Of a stretch of 64,000 nt of DNA, positions 26,101 to 37,000 are shown piece after piece. The notes beneath the pieces were generated by a model, which saw nothing but the letters and a program-made list of their open reading frames with translations, did not search any database and had not been told where the DNA came from. How positions within the stretch are numbered: position 1 is the stretch's first letter; every line of letters starts with the position of its first letter. The position numbers and the translations under genes were made by a program. Source of the DNA: Rhynchobatus australiae (taxonomy: Eukaryota); assembly GCA_034780895.1 (NCBI GenBank), contig JAUZTB010000087.1, positions 100,366,986 to 100,430,985 on the forward strand, given 5' to 3'.

Positions 26101-29100
26101 AATTGAATCATCCACTAAATGAATTAGATTATATATTTTAACTACAATCCTTAAAAATTTCAATCCTTTCTGAGTTTTATCCTTTAACATACATTTGGAG
26201 CTCTTGCAAAAGTTCTTTTAAATTTAAAAACAATGACTTTACTGGAGTAACTTGTATTTGCATGGTTTAACATTTTAATTAGATTTTGCAGTTTTACTGT
26301 TTCCTGGGCTGAAAATGATGTAAAAGCCTAACTGTAAATGTGTTTACTGTGGTGTAACACATTTGTCAGTGGTGGGCCTCAAAACCACAGGGGGGCTTCT
26401 TTATGATTGGAAAGGGCAACTCATTAAAAGTTAAAATAGCTTATGCTGTTTATTGTTGTTGTCACCTTAGCTGAAGTGATTTATTCTGGGTGGATAACTA
26501 ACTAACATCTTCTTGAGCAACATATCTTTTAATTGTAGAGTCCAGAGTAGCATCTTGATATTCAAGGCAATGGGACATTTATCAGCCCCTTAAGTTTTTA
26601 AGAACAATGCAATATAGCAAACTTGTATTGTCTATATTATTACAAGGTTTGCCTCATTACCACACTTCAATAACCATTAACTATTAAATTGACCATGAAA
26701 ATTGTACAACTATTAGCATTTGACCACGGATCACATTTCCCTTCAGGTATTAATTGTTACTTACCTCTACAAAGTTTGACATTTTGTTGAGATATGGTAT
26801 CCAGATACTCCTCTCCAACCCTCCTGCAATGGAACATCACAAACCCACACCTGAGAATGACTCTGAGCCAGGGAGATTTGAGACAGATATATCTACTCCA
26901 AGCAGTTTCAATCTCCACAATTCTCACCGCTGGTGATCTACCAGCTGCCATTGCATATTTTAGACAATATTATCTCCATATTTTGTCTGACAATGAAAGG
27001 CTTCATTTTGTTACAAAGTATGGATTAAGCACTAAAGTACTAGACAAAACTGAAAATACTGACTACCAGAGACAGACTACCCAATGACACATGAACAGGC
27101 AGGGAATTGAGGGATATAGACCATGTGCAGACAGATGAGCAGTTTAAATTGGCATCATGGGCTGAAGGGCCTGCTCTTGTGCTGTATGGTTCCATGTTCT
27201 ATGTAAGCTTAGATGAATCATTCCAACATCACTTTCTGCAGCTGCCTTATGCATTGAATTCACGCACTCATCAAATGTTCAGCTGGCAGCTTTTATGATG
27301 CACTCCATTTAAGACCACACTCTGGTGGCAGAAGCTGTTCACTTTTACACTCTTTATACACCCAAGTTACAAGTGCTGACCAAGCTTCTTGCTCACATTA
27401 ATTTGTCCCTTTTAAGTCCACCCACTTACTGCTGACCTTTAGTTGTAACTGATTCTGCCAGGCAATTTTGATTAATTGTTGTGAAGTTTGCATTCTCCTA
27501 CTTTCATAATATTCTAAATTAAATATTAAGTTAATTTCATTGTGAGATCCATTCATCCACTACTTATCCCCACTCTGACCAAATTATCATCGTGCACAGC
27601 ACCGCTGCTCTGCTCCTGTCCATTTATGACCATACTATGCACAGTCTTTTTGAAGCATGTTTCTTGAAAGCTCTTGAAACTTTTTTTAAAACAATGACTT
27701 AATTATTTACATTTGTAACTTGGATTATTTGATTCATATTTTAAAATGTGCAGTGTAATGATGCATTCCAGTAATTGCAAATTGTCTTGATCTCTGTAGC
27801 TGTAAAAGGTTACTTCGACCTCTTGTAAGATTTGTTTTCATTATACCTGTCTACTTACGAACAGGATCAGTTCCTGAGAGCTGCACCTTTAACTGGAGGA
27901 ATGGGAGCACAATTGATGCAAAAAATGGGATGGAGAGAAGGAGAAGGACTGGGAAAAAACAAAAATGGACCAGTAGAACCTATTGTTGTTGACTTCAAGA
28001 CTGACCGTAAAGGTGAAGATGCTCTTGTGGCTTTAGCTCATCAGTATAGCAGGGAGTAGAATCATCTCCCAACAAAGGTTAATGTCAGTTTTCTATGCTA
28101 ATCATTAAGATCAAAGTCAGAAGGATGATAAGTCAGGTGTGTGGTGTCCACAATTTTTTTTAATCTATTAAGAAAAATAGATGGAAAAATTGTGGTCAGT
28201 TTACACTTAGTTCTCCAATGTGTGCTCTTGGTACAGAGAGCTTTGTATTGGAAACACTGAAAGTATAACTGGATATGCATGGTGGTTTTGGGTGAGGTTG
28301 TTGGTGGGAAGTGGGGTAAAAATTGTGCATGTTGGTGACGAAGGGAGGGAGTGGATCAGCTGAGAAAGGGCAGTGTTTGTGAATGACTCTCTTCAGCGTT
28401 TAATACAAGAACATTTTTTTAAAAAAAAGCAGGAGTAGGCCATCAGGTCCCTCAAGCCTACCCTGCCATGCAATATGAACATAGCTGATCTATGCTGGCC
28501 TCAACTCCTCTTCTGTGCCGGTTCCCTAAGCCCTCGATTTTTCAAATATTTGTCCATTTTCATATTTAATGTATCTAATGATCTGGCCTCCTCCACCCTC
28601 CAGGGCAGAAAATTCCAGAGATTTGCTTTGTGCCGCAAAACTTTATTAACATTTTCTGCCCCAGCCTGTCACACTTTGCTTGTCAATTCCCTGTGCCACC
28701 TCTCTCTTATTTCCTCTTAATTTATTAAATATCCCATTCTTGGAGCCTCCTCTCTCCTATTTTAGTTAAAAGCACCGTCTACAATGCTATTTTTGCAATT
28801 TGTCAGGATGCTGGTCCCAGCATGATTCTCCTATAAACATCTTGATATTTCAGTGCAGAAGTGGAGGATATTACAGGCTCTGGAATGCACTGCCAGGGGA
28901 GCAATGAGGGCAGAAGAGAACTGAATAACCTCTTGAAAGAAAAAAAATGCATGTCTGTGAGGAGGGCAAGGGAAGAGGACTGGCTGCTTTGCTCTTGCGT
29001 AGTGTTGACACAAACGTGATGGACAAAATGGCCTCCTATAGCCTTTCTGCAATTCAATTCTGAGACACATCTCAATCTCCACTTTGGGCTGCAAGTCATT

Positions 29101-30733
29101 GTGAGCATGGCCACAGGGAATTGCTGCTTTTAATGTGTTTACCATCATTCAGTGGATGAAAAGTTATTGAAACTCAGATTAGTGTTTTAAATACTTGGCC
29201 ACGATCTGAAAAAAAATCATGGTATCTTTAGCTTTAGACCACAACATGTCATTTATTTCTTGCACAAATTTACAGCCAACATTTATGCCATTTAGGTCTG
29301 GTAGCAGAAGGAGAGAAAACACAGAAGAAATTTGGAAATTTTCCCATAATGAAGGACTTATCAGGTACAAATACACAGCCACAGTGTAATCCGTCAAACC
29401 TTTATATTTTGCTGCTGAATTTAAGTAGTAGTTTCTCAAACAGGGATACTACAAACCAATACAACATAAAGAATAAAATTTTCTTTGTAAACAATATATT
29501 TTACAAAAATTACATAATGCAAAGTACTGACAATATATTCCCTGATTTTTTTTCTATTCTTTCCCTAATACCTTGGATGGTTATAAACAACCTTTTGGAT
29601 TTAAATTAGTTCATGTTTTAATTAAAAATTGTTAGGTTTTGATTACCCACTTTTGATGATTAAATGCCATTACTTTCTGTTTGTATAATCCTTAGGAAAA
29701 CACCCAGTTTCTGCTTTGATGGAAATTTGTAACAAGAGAAAATGGCCACCACCTGATTTTTTGATGGTTCGTGACAGTGGCCCAGATCACTGTAAACATT
29801 TTCTGTTCAAGGTGATAAAGTCATTATTTAATTCCTAAGGTTGCTGTTAGCAATATTTTCTGAAGACTGTTAATATTTCTTATTTATACAACAAAACTAA
29901 GATATAAATACATGCCTTTGGACAGGGCAGTAGATTCTAAGCAATTACACAATACCATTTTGTGAAGAATCATGGAATTAGTATGCTTCAAAACTGTTTT
30001 GACCCTGGTACACTTCTGGGCAAGGTTAAGTTCAGCCAAAATTAAATACAGATTGTAAAGTACAAAACTTCACACATTGGTGACTTCAATGTGAAAGATG
30101 CAATGGTGAAAGTCTAAGTTGGCCAAAGGAATTAGTGAAGCAACATCAAACTAGACACGAAGATTTGCACTTGCATTCTACAATTTGAAAAAAAAGGAAC
30201 AGTGAAAATGGAATTCAGAATTATCTTCCTGTAAAATGCTGATGATTCCACCAATAATTATGGACAAAAACTAGATAGTGTCTTCCTCAATTATAGATGT
30301 GCTCCAAGTTTACAATGATAGTGGCTTCTCACTTGTAGAATGTTTTCTGCTTTGCTTCATTCAGGTTAACAATGACTTTTTAAATTTTTACCACATGTAG
30401 ACCACTGCATCCTTGCAAACAAATTTGTAAGCATTTTACAAGGACAGGTTTAGTTATTTAGTATAGTGATTAATATTTGCTTAATGTTCTGAAATGTTAC
30501 ATTAAAATAAATTGAAGTATGGTAAGACTTTGACTATCTCATTTAGATGATGTACATTTTTGTGACAGGTGATGATCAATGGCACAGAGTACAAGCCCAG
30601 CCTTGCCAGTCCCAATAAGAAGCATGCTAAAGCCTCAGCAGCCACTATTGCTCTACAGGCCATGGGACTTGTTCCAAAGGAAGGTGCTGCTTCAGCCACA
30701 AATTTTAAGAATGCCTCAGATGACACTACATAA
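2043..30733 (+). CDS. SON: SON DNA/RNA-binding splicing cofactor, 3' part (8 coding exons; 5' exons lie upstream of the window)
   Basis: join(2043-2177,16343-16519,20931-21041,23200-23316,27865-28012,29296-29364,29696-29811,30569-30733). All introns are GT-AG with compatible phases. The translation carries SON hallmarks: KEFPVSSGSQHRKKE, G-patch DQFLRAAPLTGGMGAQLMQKMGWREGEGLGK, and dsRBM-like GKHPVSALMEICNKRKW...NKKHAKASAA. Confidence 0.97.
9560..10018 (+). mobile_element. Highly decayed CR1 RT remnant
   Basis: Degenerate YINE.D and FA(N)D motif sequence. Confidence 0.45.
10290..10680 (+). mobile_element. Deu-domain SINE (SacSINE1/AmnSINE-like)
   Basis: B-box GGGTTCAAG, central cccatggcac..gaagaaaagcaggg..cctggtcaaaatt and L2-type tail taaatgcaagtt. 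Related copies at about 21130-21450 (+), 43470-43820 (-), 48250-48560 (+), 49700-49990 (-). Confidence 0.65.
11920..12260 (+). mobile_element. CR1 LINE 3' fragment
   Basis: gggtataggtttaaggtgag...gtggtggagtcagatac...ctgtgctgtac.ctctatgact tail shared with other copies. Confidence 0.75.
12430..13320 (+). mobile_element. Decayed L2-like LINE 3' region, interrupted by a fold-back element at 12825-12931
   Basis: L2-like ORF2 C-terminal remnants and tail gacattttaccacattaaatgtgctatataa. Confidence 0.55.
15516..15704 (+). mobile_element. CR1 LINE 3' end
   Basis: gtggtggaggcagg..tttaag..gggccgaagggcctgtttctatgctgtacaactct tail. Confidence 0.8.
16343..16519 (+). CDS. SON: SON exon (NATVKATAKTQVALTKEFPVSSGSQHRKKE...DVCSQ)
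   Basis: TAGCAG tandem acceptor, CAG|GTGAGA donor, 177 nt; conserved SON motif. Confidence 0.95.
16975..20790 (-). mobile_element. Near full-length decayed CR1-group LINE (EN+RT remnants) with tRNA-like 5' head
   Basis: RT motifs GVPQG.VL.P, MF(V)DDC and LQQDL.NIQAWA.KWQV at 17700-17984; endonuclease-region remnants at 19100-19480; 5' part at 20150-20790. Other copies at about 46050-46935 and 62250-62710. Confidence 0.8.
19483..20149 (-). mobile_element. Younger CR1 3' fragment nested in the older LINE
   Basis: VRPHLENSVQFWSPHYRK..LERMQKRFTRMLPG..RLKGDLLEVYKIMRG; TRGHEFKV; CR1 tail. Confidence 0.9.
20931..21041 (+). CDS. SON: SON exon (VVDISATMSERATAQKRL...RAQEQ)
   Basis: ttctAG acceptor, CAG|GTAAGT donor, 111 nt. 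Confidence 0.95.
23200..23316 (+). CDS. SON: SON exon (IDVWAQASSLPGQFTGSTGAQVLT...QAWIRK)
   Basis: polypyrimidine tract plus CAG acceptor, AAG|GTAACG donor, 117 nt. Confidence 0.95.
27865..28012 (+). CDS. SON: SON exon, G-patch domain
   Basis: DQFLRAAPLTGGMGAQLMQKMGWREGEGLGKNKNGPVEPIVVDFKTDRK; 148 nt, ends phase 1. Confidence 0.96.
28410..28630 (-). mobile_element. CR1 3' end fragment
   Basis: gcaggagtaggccat..ccctcaagcct..gctgatct tail signature. Confidence 0.7.
29296..29364 (+). CDS. SON: SON exon (GLVAEGEKTQKKFGNFPIMKDLS)
   Basis: tttAG acceptor, CAG|GTACAA donor, 69 nt, phase 1/1. Confidence 0.92.
29696..29811 (+). CDS. SON: SON exon, dsRBM-like part 1 (GKHPVSALMEICNKRKWPPPDF...HFLFK)
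   Basis: cttAG acceptor, AAG|GTGATA donor, 116 nt. Confidence 0.95.
30569..30733 (+). CDS. SON: SON last coding exon (VMINGTEYKPSLASPNKKHAKASAATIALQAMGLVPK...DDTT*)
   Basis: gacAG acceptor, TAA at 30731-30733; completes the dsRBM helix (KKxAK). Confidence 0.95.
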   Translation: MMINGTEYKPSLASPNKKHAKASAATIALQAMGLVPKEGAASATNFKNASDDTT

Positions 30734-30738
30734 ATAAA
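30733..30738 (+). promoter_or_regulatory. Candidate proximal polyadenylation signal of SON (AATAAA overlapping the stop codon)
   Basis: TAAATAAA followed by GT/T-rich sequence; usage unproven. Confidence 0.4.
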
Positions 30739-33700
30739 GTGTATTATATTAGCAGTTGCTTGTGGATTATTTTGAAAGTGACCTTTTCATGAATTGTAAT
30801 GAATGACATCTAGCTCCCACTCATTGCCAGACTTCGATTAGGTTGGGTCATTCTGGACCTAGCCCACTTCCCATATTCCCCAGCAATCTGCACTTCTTGT
30901 TGAATGCAGAGGGTTGGATAGGCTGACACTGTGCTGACAGGGTCTGGTGCAGCTTACAGAACGGGCCTCAGACAGTTATCCTGAGGCCCCATCTCCAGAA
31001 TGCCTTGATAGCCTGCCTTTTTTCAAAGGCTTAAGTATTTTTAACTGCATGATAGACATTTAAATGAGTAAACTTTAAAAACACTAAATCACAACAAAAC
31101 TAGACTAAGCNNNNNNNNNNNNNNNNNNNNNNNNNNNNNNNNNNNNNNNNNNNNNNNNNNNNNNNNNNNNNNNNNNNNNNNNNNNNNNNNNNNNNNNNNN
31201 NNNNNNNNNNNNNNNNNNNNNNNNNNNNNNNNNNNNNNNNNNNNNNNNNNNNNNNNNNNNNNNNNNNNNNNNNNNNNNNNNNNNNNNNNNNNNNNNNNNN
31301 NNNNNNNNNNNNNNNNNNNNNNNNNNNNNNNNNNNNNNNNNNNNNNNNNNNNNNNNNNNNNNNNNNNNNNNNNNNNNNNNNNNNNNNNNNNNNNNNNNNN
31401 NNNNNNNNNNNNNNNNNNNNNNNNNNNNNNNNNNNNNNNNNNNNNNNNNNNNNNNNNNNNNNNNNNNNNNNNNNNNNNNNNNNNNNNNNNNNNNNNNNNN
31501 NNNNNNNNNNNNNNNNNNNNNNNNNNNNNNNNNNNNNNNNNNNNNNNNNNNNNNNNNNNNNNNNNNNNNNNNNNNNNNNNNNNNNNNNNNNNNNNNNNNN
31601 NNNNNNNNNNNNNNNNNNNNNNNNNNNNNNNNNNNNNNNNNNNNNNNNNNNNNNNNNNNNNNNNNNNNNNNNNNNNNNNNNNNNNNNNNNNNNNNNNNNN
31701 NNNNNNNNNNNNNNNNNNNNNNNNNNNNNNNNNNNNNNNNNNNNNNNNNNNNNNNNNNNNNNNNNNNNNNNNNNNNNNNNNNNNNNNNNNNNNNNNNNNN
31801 NNNNNNNNNNNNNNNNNNNNNNNNNNNNNNNNNNNNNNNNNNNNNNNNNNNNNNNNNNNNNNNTGGAAGAACCACAAAAATCATTGGAGAAAACAGGATT
31901 TACACTATTTGACTGAAGCATAGGGTATTAATGCCCACAAATATCTTTGGCAACTTAACTCCACTTTTTTGCTTGGGTTATGTTGTTATCCTTTTAAACA
32001 GGCTCATGGTTATGAGAAATAGTGCATCTAATTATGCAGTGGAAAAAGCGGCAAAACATTTGTTGGACAGGACCTGGATTCAATGAATATAAATAATAAA
32101 TCAAATACTAAATTGTCACAAGCTGGGCTAGCATTTTATTTTTACTCATAATTTAAGATATGGAACGTGGCTAGAAATTTAAGGTGTAGTTTTTTTAAAA
32201 CTTTACAGACTTACTTGCTGCTGTTACCTCACTTGCCCCTCAGCTTTTACCTTAGCCACAAACAGTCCAGTGTACATTTGACACTTTGAATTCTATTTTT
32301 CAATTACACTTTTATTGGCAAAGTATTATTTCAATTAGATAGTAGCACACACACTTGGATGACAAATAGAAGTTGAGAAAGTGCCTAAACTTGTACTCAT
32401 TAAAGACTAACAAAGCTTTACTTCTATATTTAATAAATGGTCAATCAGGCACTTCAGAATGCAGCTGAAGTAGCAGTGGATCAGAAAGTGCAATACAAAA
32501 TATCTGCTCAATATTGAACATAGATTGCTAAAGTAAAAACTGACAATACATATTTTTTCTACAGAGATTTAGAATTACTTTACAACATTTTCCTTTTGTA
32601 AATTTATAATTAAATCAATAAGCAGTCTGCTACAAACTGAAATGTGCCAGAATCTTATGCTGTATCAATTACAGGTCCAATCTAGTTAATCCTCATCACA
32701 TTTCAGTGCTAACTGGACACCATATTTATCACAGGCTAAAACTGATTTATTTATAGATAAATACATTAAAATAAAACATCACATTCTAATAAGATTAACA
32801 CAACTCTAAAACCACCTTAGCTGTTGGTCGTTAGCTTATTTCCATTCTCAGGCATTGCTGTGGCAGGGTAAATAAAAAAGTGACTTGCAATTCTTAGACA
32901 ATAATCCTGCTGATATGTAAACACTCTAAATGTTGTTACTGATAGACTGAATTGGAGAGAACTTGCATGCCAGTAAACTATGGGGTTGATCATCTATAAA
33001 CTATGCCAGTTTCATTATTTGACAAGGTTGATTTATAACACGCCTAATAGCAGGAAGTTTTTAGACCAGAATAAAGTTGAATAAAACAGTCCTCTGAAGG
33101 ATCTCATGCAAACATAACAGAATACCAGTTAGACATGGTTTGAAACTACATTGTCATATCATACCCAAATCAAACAACTTAAAAATTTGAATATCTAACA
33201 CCAGAAAAAGTTTACCTGCCTATCTAGCTGTTTACAATCTCCTAGGTGAAACAAAAGGCAATTGAAACAATCTAGATATTTTAGCCAATACTCATTTAGT
33301 TTTCCATGTGAAGAATTNNNNNNNNNNNNNNNNNNNNNNNNNNNNNNNNNNNNNNNNNNNNNNNNNNNNNNNNNNNNNNNNNNNNNNNNNNNNNNNNNNN
33401 NNNNNNNNNNNNNNNNNTGGGAAAAAAGGAAAAAGTCAAATAAAATTCCATCCATCTACAAACTCCTACAAATCCAGAATCATTTTCATTATCCTACCCA
33501 TTAACAGCACCTCATTTCTAGAGAAAATAGATTCTGCTATAGTAAATAGTTCTATGATCCATATGGTTAAAAACAAATCACTTAATTCCCTTACTCCAAA
33601 TAACCAAATGGATATTTCAAACCCTTAATGGCTCAGCATCACAGTTAAAATATGAAATGCATTTATCATCGGCAATAAAAATAAACAATTTCAAATAACA

Positions 33701-33913
33701 TGGCTAATACTAATGTACAGTATATTAATCAATGGGATTGGTATCCAGTTGCTTAATATCCAATTTTTTTTGGTCCTCATTGCTTCAATGTTCATTAACA
33801 AAATCCATCTGTAGTTTTCCTCCAGAATGTAGTTGCACATCACTTAAAATCTACAAAAGGTGACTTTTGAAAAGTTTAAATAAGTCACAGAATTATCATT
33901 GGAAAACTGGAAT

Positions 33914-34051
33914 TCACAATTTCCATGTATATTTATAGTCCTTCATTTCTAGATGCTTCATGGAGGATTTGCCAATGGTCGGCTGTTTCATTAGTTGATT
34001 CAGAGTTTCTGGGTGTAGACCATAATCAGAAAGCTCACCTGAAGAGCAGTC
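33914..34051 (-). CDS. DONSON: DONSON exon 10 (last coding exon)
   Basis: [20 protein letters not shown]...[19 protein letters not shown]; TGA at 33916-33914. Confidence 0.94.
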   Translation of the reverse strand, partial: DCSSGELSDYGLHPETLNQLMKQPTIGKSSMKHLEMKDYKYTWKL

Positions 34052-37000
34052 CTGTTAAAACAAAAAGGAGTGTGTATGTTCAGCATGTGAATAGCAAATG
34101 AAAACAGTGGAGGGTGAAATCCCGTGTATATTAAAGTAAATGGTCTCAATGTTATGCCACTTCTAGGAAGAATTGAGATAATTACACTGTACATAACCCA
34201 GCTTCCCAGATAGTTCATTTTCATTTTGTCCATAATCCAAAATATTCACAAGGTAGTAACATGTATTCCCAAAGTCCAGACATTTTGCTAAACAGGTAAA
34301 GTCATCTATTGAATGAAAATAGTTAAGGGAGAAAGCAGCAAGTACAGTAATCTACACTATTAATTTTAAATGGTCAAGCACTTTCTAATTTAAATACACA
34401 TTAACATTTAATTTTTAAACTGACTTGAATGTTTGTGTCAGATACTCAAACATTCAATCTCTAACAGGGAGAAAGCAAAGGACTTGGCTTAACCATCGTC
34501 AAAGTGTCTAAGGGCTGAGTTAAAATATTTATGATTAGAAAGGTCCTGTGCCTCATAGGGTCTTAGTTAGTGCCAGCTCTGTAGAAGCCATTTACATACT
34601 TACATGACACAGGAGGTAATTGCACCTCCCAGGTCCATCCTAACAGAGCAATTCCATCTGTTCCATTCCCCCACATTTTATTTTTTAAATCATGTATCCA
34701 AGACAGGTAACCTACCATCAAGTCTTAGAAGAGGAAATAGCCAGGTGTATCTGGCACCCAGGGGAATCTCACTGTGTCATGAGTATATGCAAAATCTGCA
34801 CAGACAGTATCCAGGGTCAGGATCAAACCCAGGTTTCTGGAACCAAGGCAGCAGCACTAACTGGTGCAACACCACGCCACCCAAACTTGAACTGTGCCTC
34901 ACTTCAGATAAAGTTAGTTTAGTAGGCAAGTGGCAAGCTGGTCTACTGAAGATTAGGCCAATACATTTTCATATTTTTCCACATTGCCCATCAGTTCCTT
35001 CTGATTAGCAACATTATTACAGCTTTACACCTTCCCCCCCCAAATATTGTTTGCACCAAGGCTTCAGAAATGCATCTATTCAGAAAACAACAATTACTGA
35101 AAGCAACAACTTCTTGAAGATAAAAATCTGTCATCCTTTACCTTGCCTTCATGATGTTCCAGTCTGAGGGCCACGTTAAACACAGAAGTTGGCTCATGTG
35201 AGTGAAAGCTGGCTGTGAAGTTTCCTTTCTGTGCCGACTTCAGCATCAGCATTAGACTATGTAGGGTGTGAGGCATGATGGGACCAGTGATCTCAAGGCT
35301 GTGAGATTCCTTCATCCCAGATGGATGCTGTGTCCTAATATTAATACTTCTCGCCTGAATAAATTATGTAAAATTATTACTTGTATCCAAAATTCTATAA
35401 AAGCAAAATATTGCATTTACTGGTAATCTGATAAAAGATGAAACAATACTAGAAGTGTTCAGTAGGCCCAGGAGCAAGGATTGCTTCACTGGAGAAAGTT
35501 AACATTTCAGGTTGCTGACTCTTCTGAGGTCATCAACTGGAAACGTTAAGTTTTCCATCTTCACAGATTCTGCTTGATTTACTATTTTCAGCATTTTGCT
35601 TTGAATCTACTTTGCCCCCTCTGCCCCCAGTCTGGAGAAAGTATTGCAAGCTGATTAGAAATTTCTCCAAAGGAAAAAACAACAGGCTGGACCTCATTGG
35701 CCAATACCACCAATCTTGAATGGAACCATTGGATTTAGTTATTTAAAGAGAAGTTCAGGCACGGTCTGTCAAATGTACAAGTCCCAGACTTGCTGAAAGA
35801 TTCAGAATTCGGTATATCAGTTCACTCTACCACTGGACTCCACATTTACATGGGGAAATTGCCTCAGATCTGGTGCTAGTTTACACATGGCACAGGATAC
35901 AAGATTCCACTGGGAATTGTAAAGCCAAGATAAAGCAAAGGGGAAAGAGCTTTGTATTTTTATAGATTTAAAAATTAAATCTCAATTTATTTCAAGTTAG
36001 ATTAAGTGTCTCTGAATGTCAGGAACATTTAAAATCTTAACTTCCTCACAGCTTTTATACCCAAAGCTGGGGGCAGGCCCACAGATTTTATCCATCATCT
36101 CTTTCTATCCTAAACTTCCAGATTACTTAAATTATCTGTATAATCTCAGCATGATTTCCTCACAACCCACTCAAATAAGATTATTTGGAGATGCAAGACA
36201 GCAAATGTTGTAATAATTATATACAATTTACCTTCATAGTTGCTTGTTGTACTTTATGTATCTCATGAACCTGCATAGCAAGATCAGTAGCCAACTTTAG
36301 ATATTCAAAATTTAATTCAGAAAAAAGTGCAAATATTCAGAGGGACCTTGGGGTACATGTGCACAGCTCACAAAGTGAAATCACAGGCACACAAGGTGAA
36401 GGCAGCTTTTGGCATGCTGGCCTCCATATGTCAGGGCATTGAGTATAGAAGCTGGGAGGTCTTGGTGTAGTTGTACAGGATGCTAGTGAGGCAGCATTTG
36501 GAGTTGTGTTCAGTTTTGGTTGCCCTGCTGTAGGGAAGATGTTATTAAACTGGAAAGAGTACAGAAAAGATCTACAAAGATGCTGCCAGGACTTGAGGGA
36601 CTGAGTTATAGGGAGAGGTTGGACATGCTAGGACTTTATTCTTTAAAGCATAGGAGACAGAGGTGTTCATATAGAGGTATAAGAATCACAAGGGCTATAG
36701 ATAGGGTGATAGTTTCCCCCATGGAGTTGGGAAATCAAGAACTAGAGGGTATAGGTTTAAGGCAAGAGGGAAAAGATTTAATAGAAATTTAAGGGGCAAC
36801 ATTTTTATTTACACAAAGGGTGGCATCTATGTGGAATCAGCTTCTAGTGGAAATGGTCGAGGCAGGTACAATAACAACTTTTAAAGCAGTTGTACTGGTA
36901 CATGGATTGGAAAGGTTTAGAAGGTTATGGGTCAAATGCTGGCAAATGGGACTAGCTTGGATGGGGAATCTTAGACTGCATGGACCAGATGGGCCAAAGG

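Noticed and set aside
31089-31921. Long ORFs in the track (also 14879-15598, 13565-13948, 61759-62112)
   Set aside because: They consist mostly of X codons running through N gaps.
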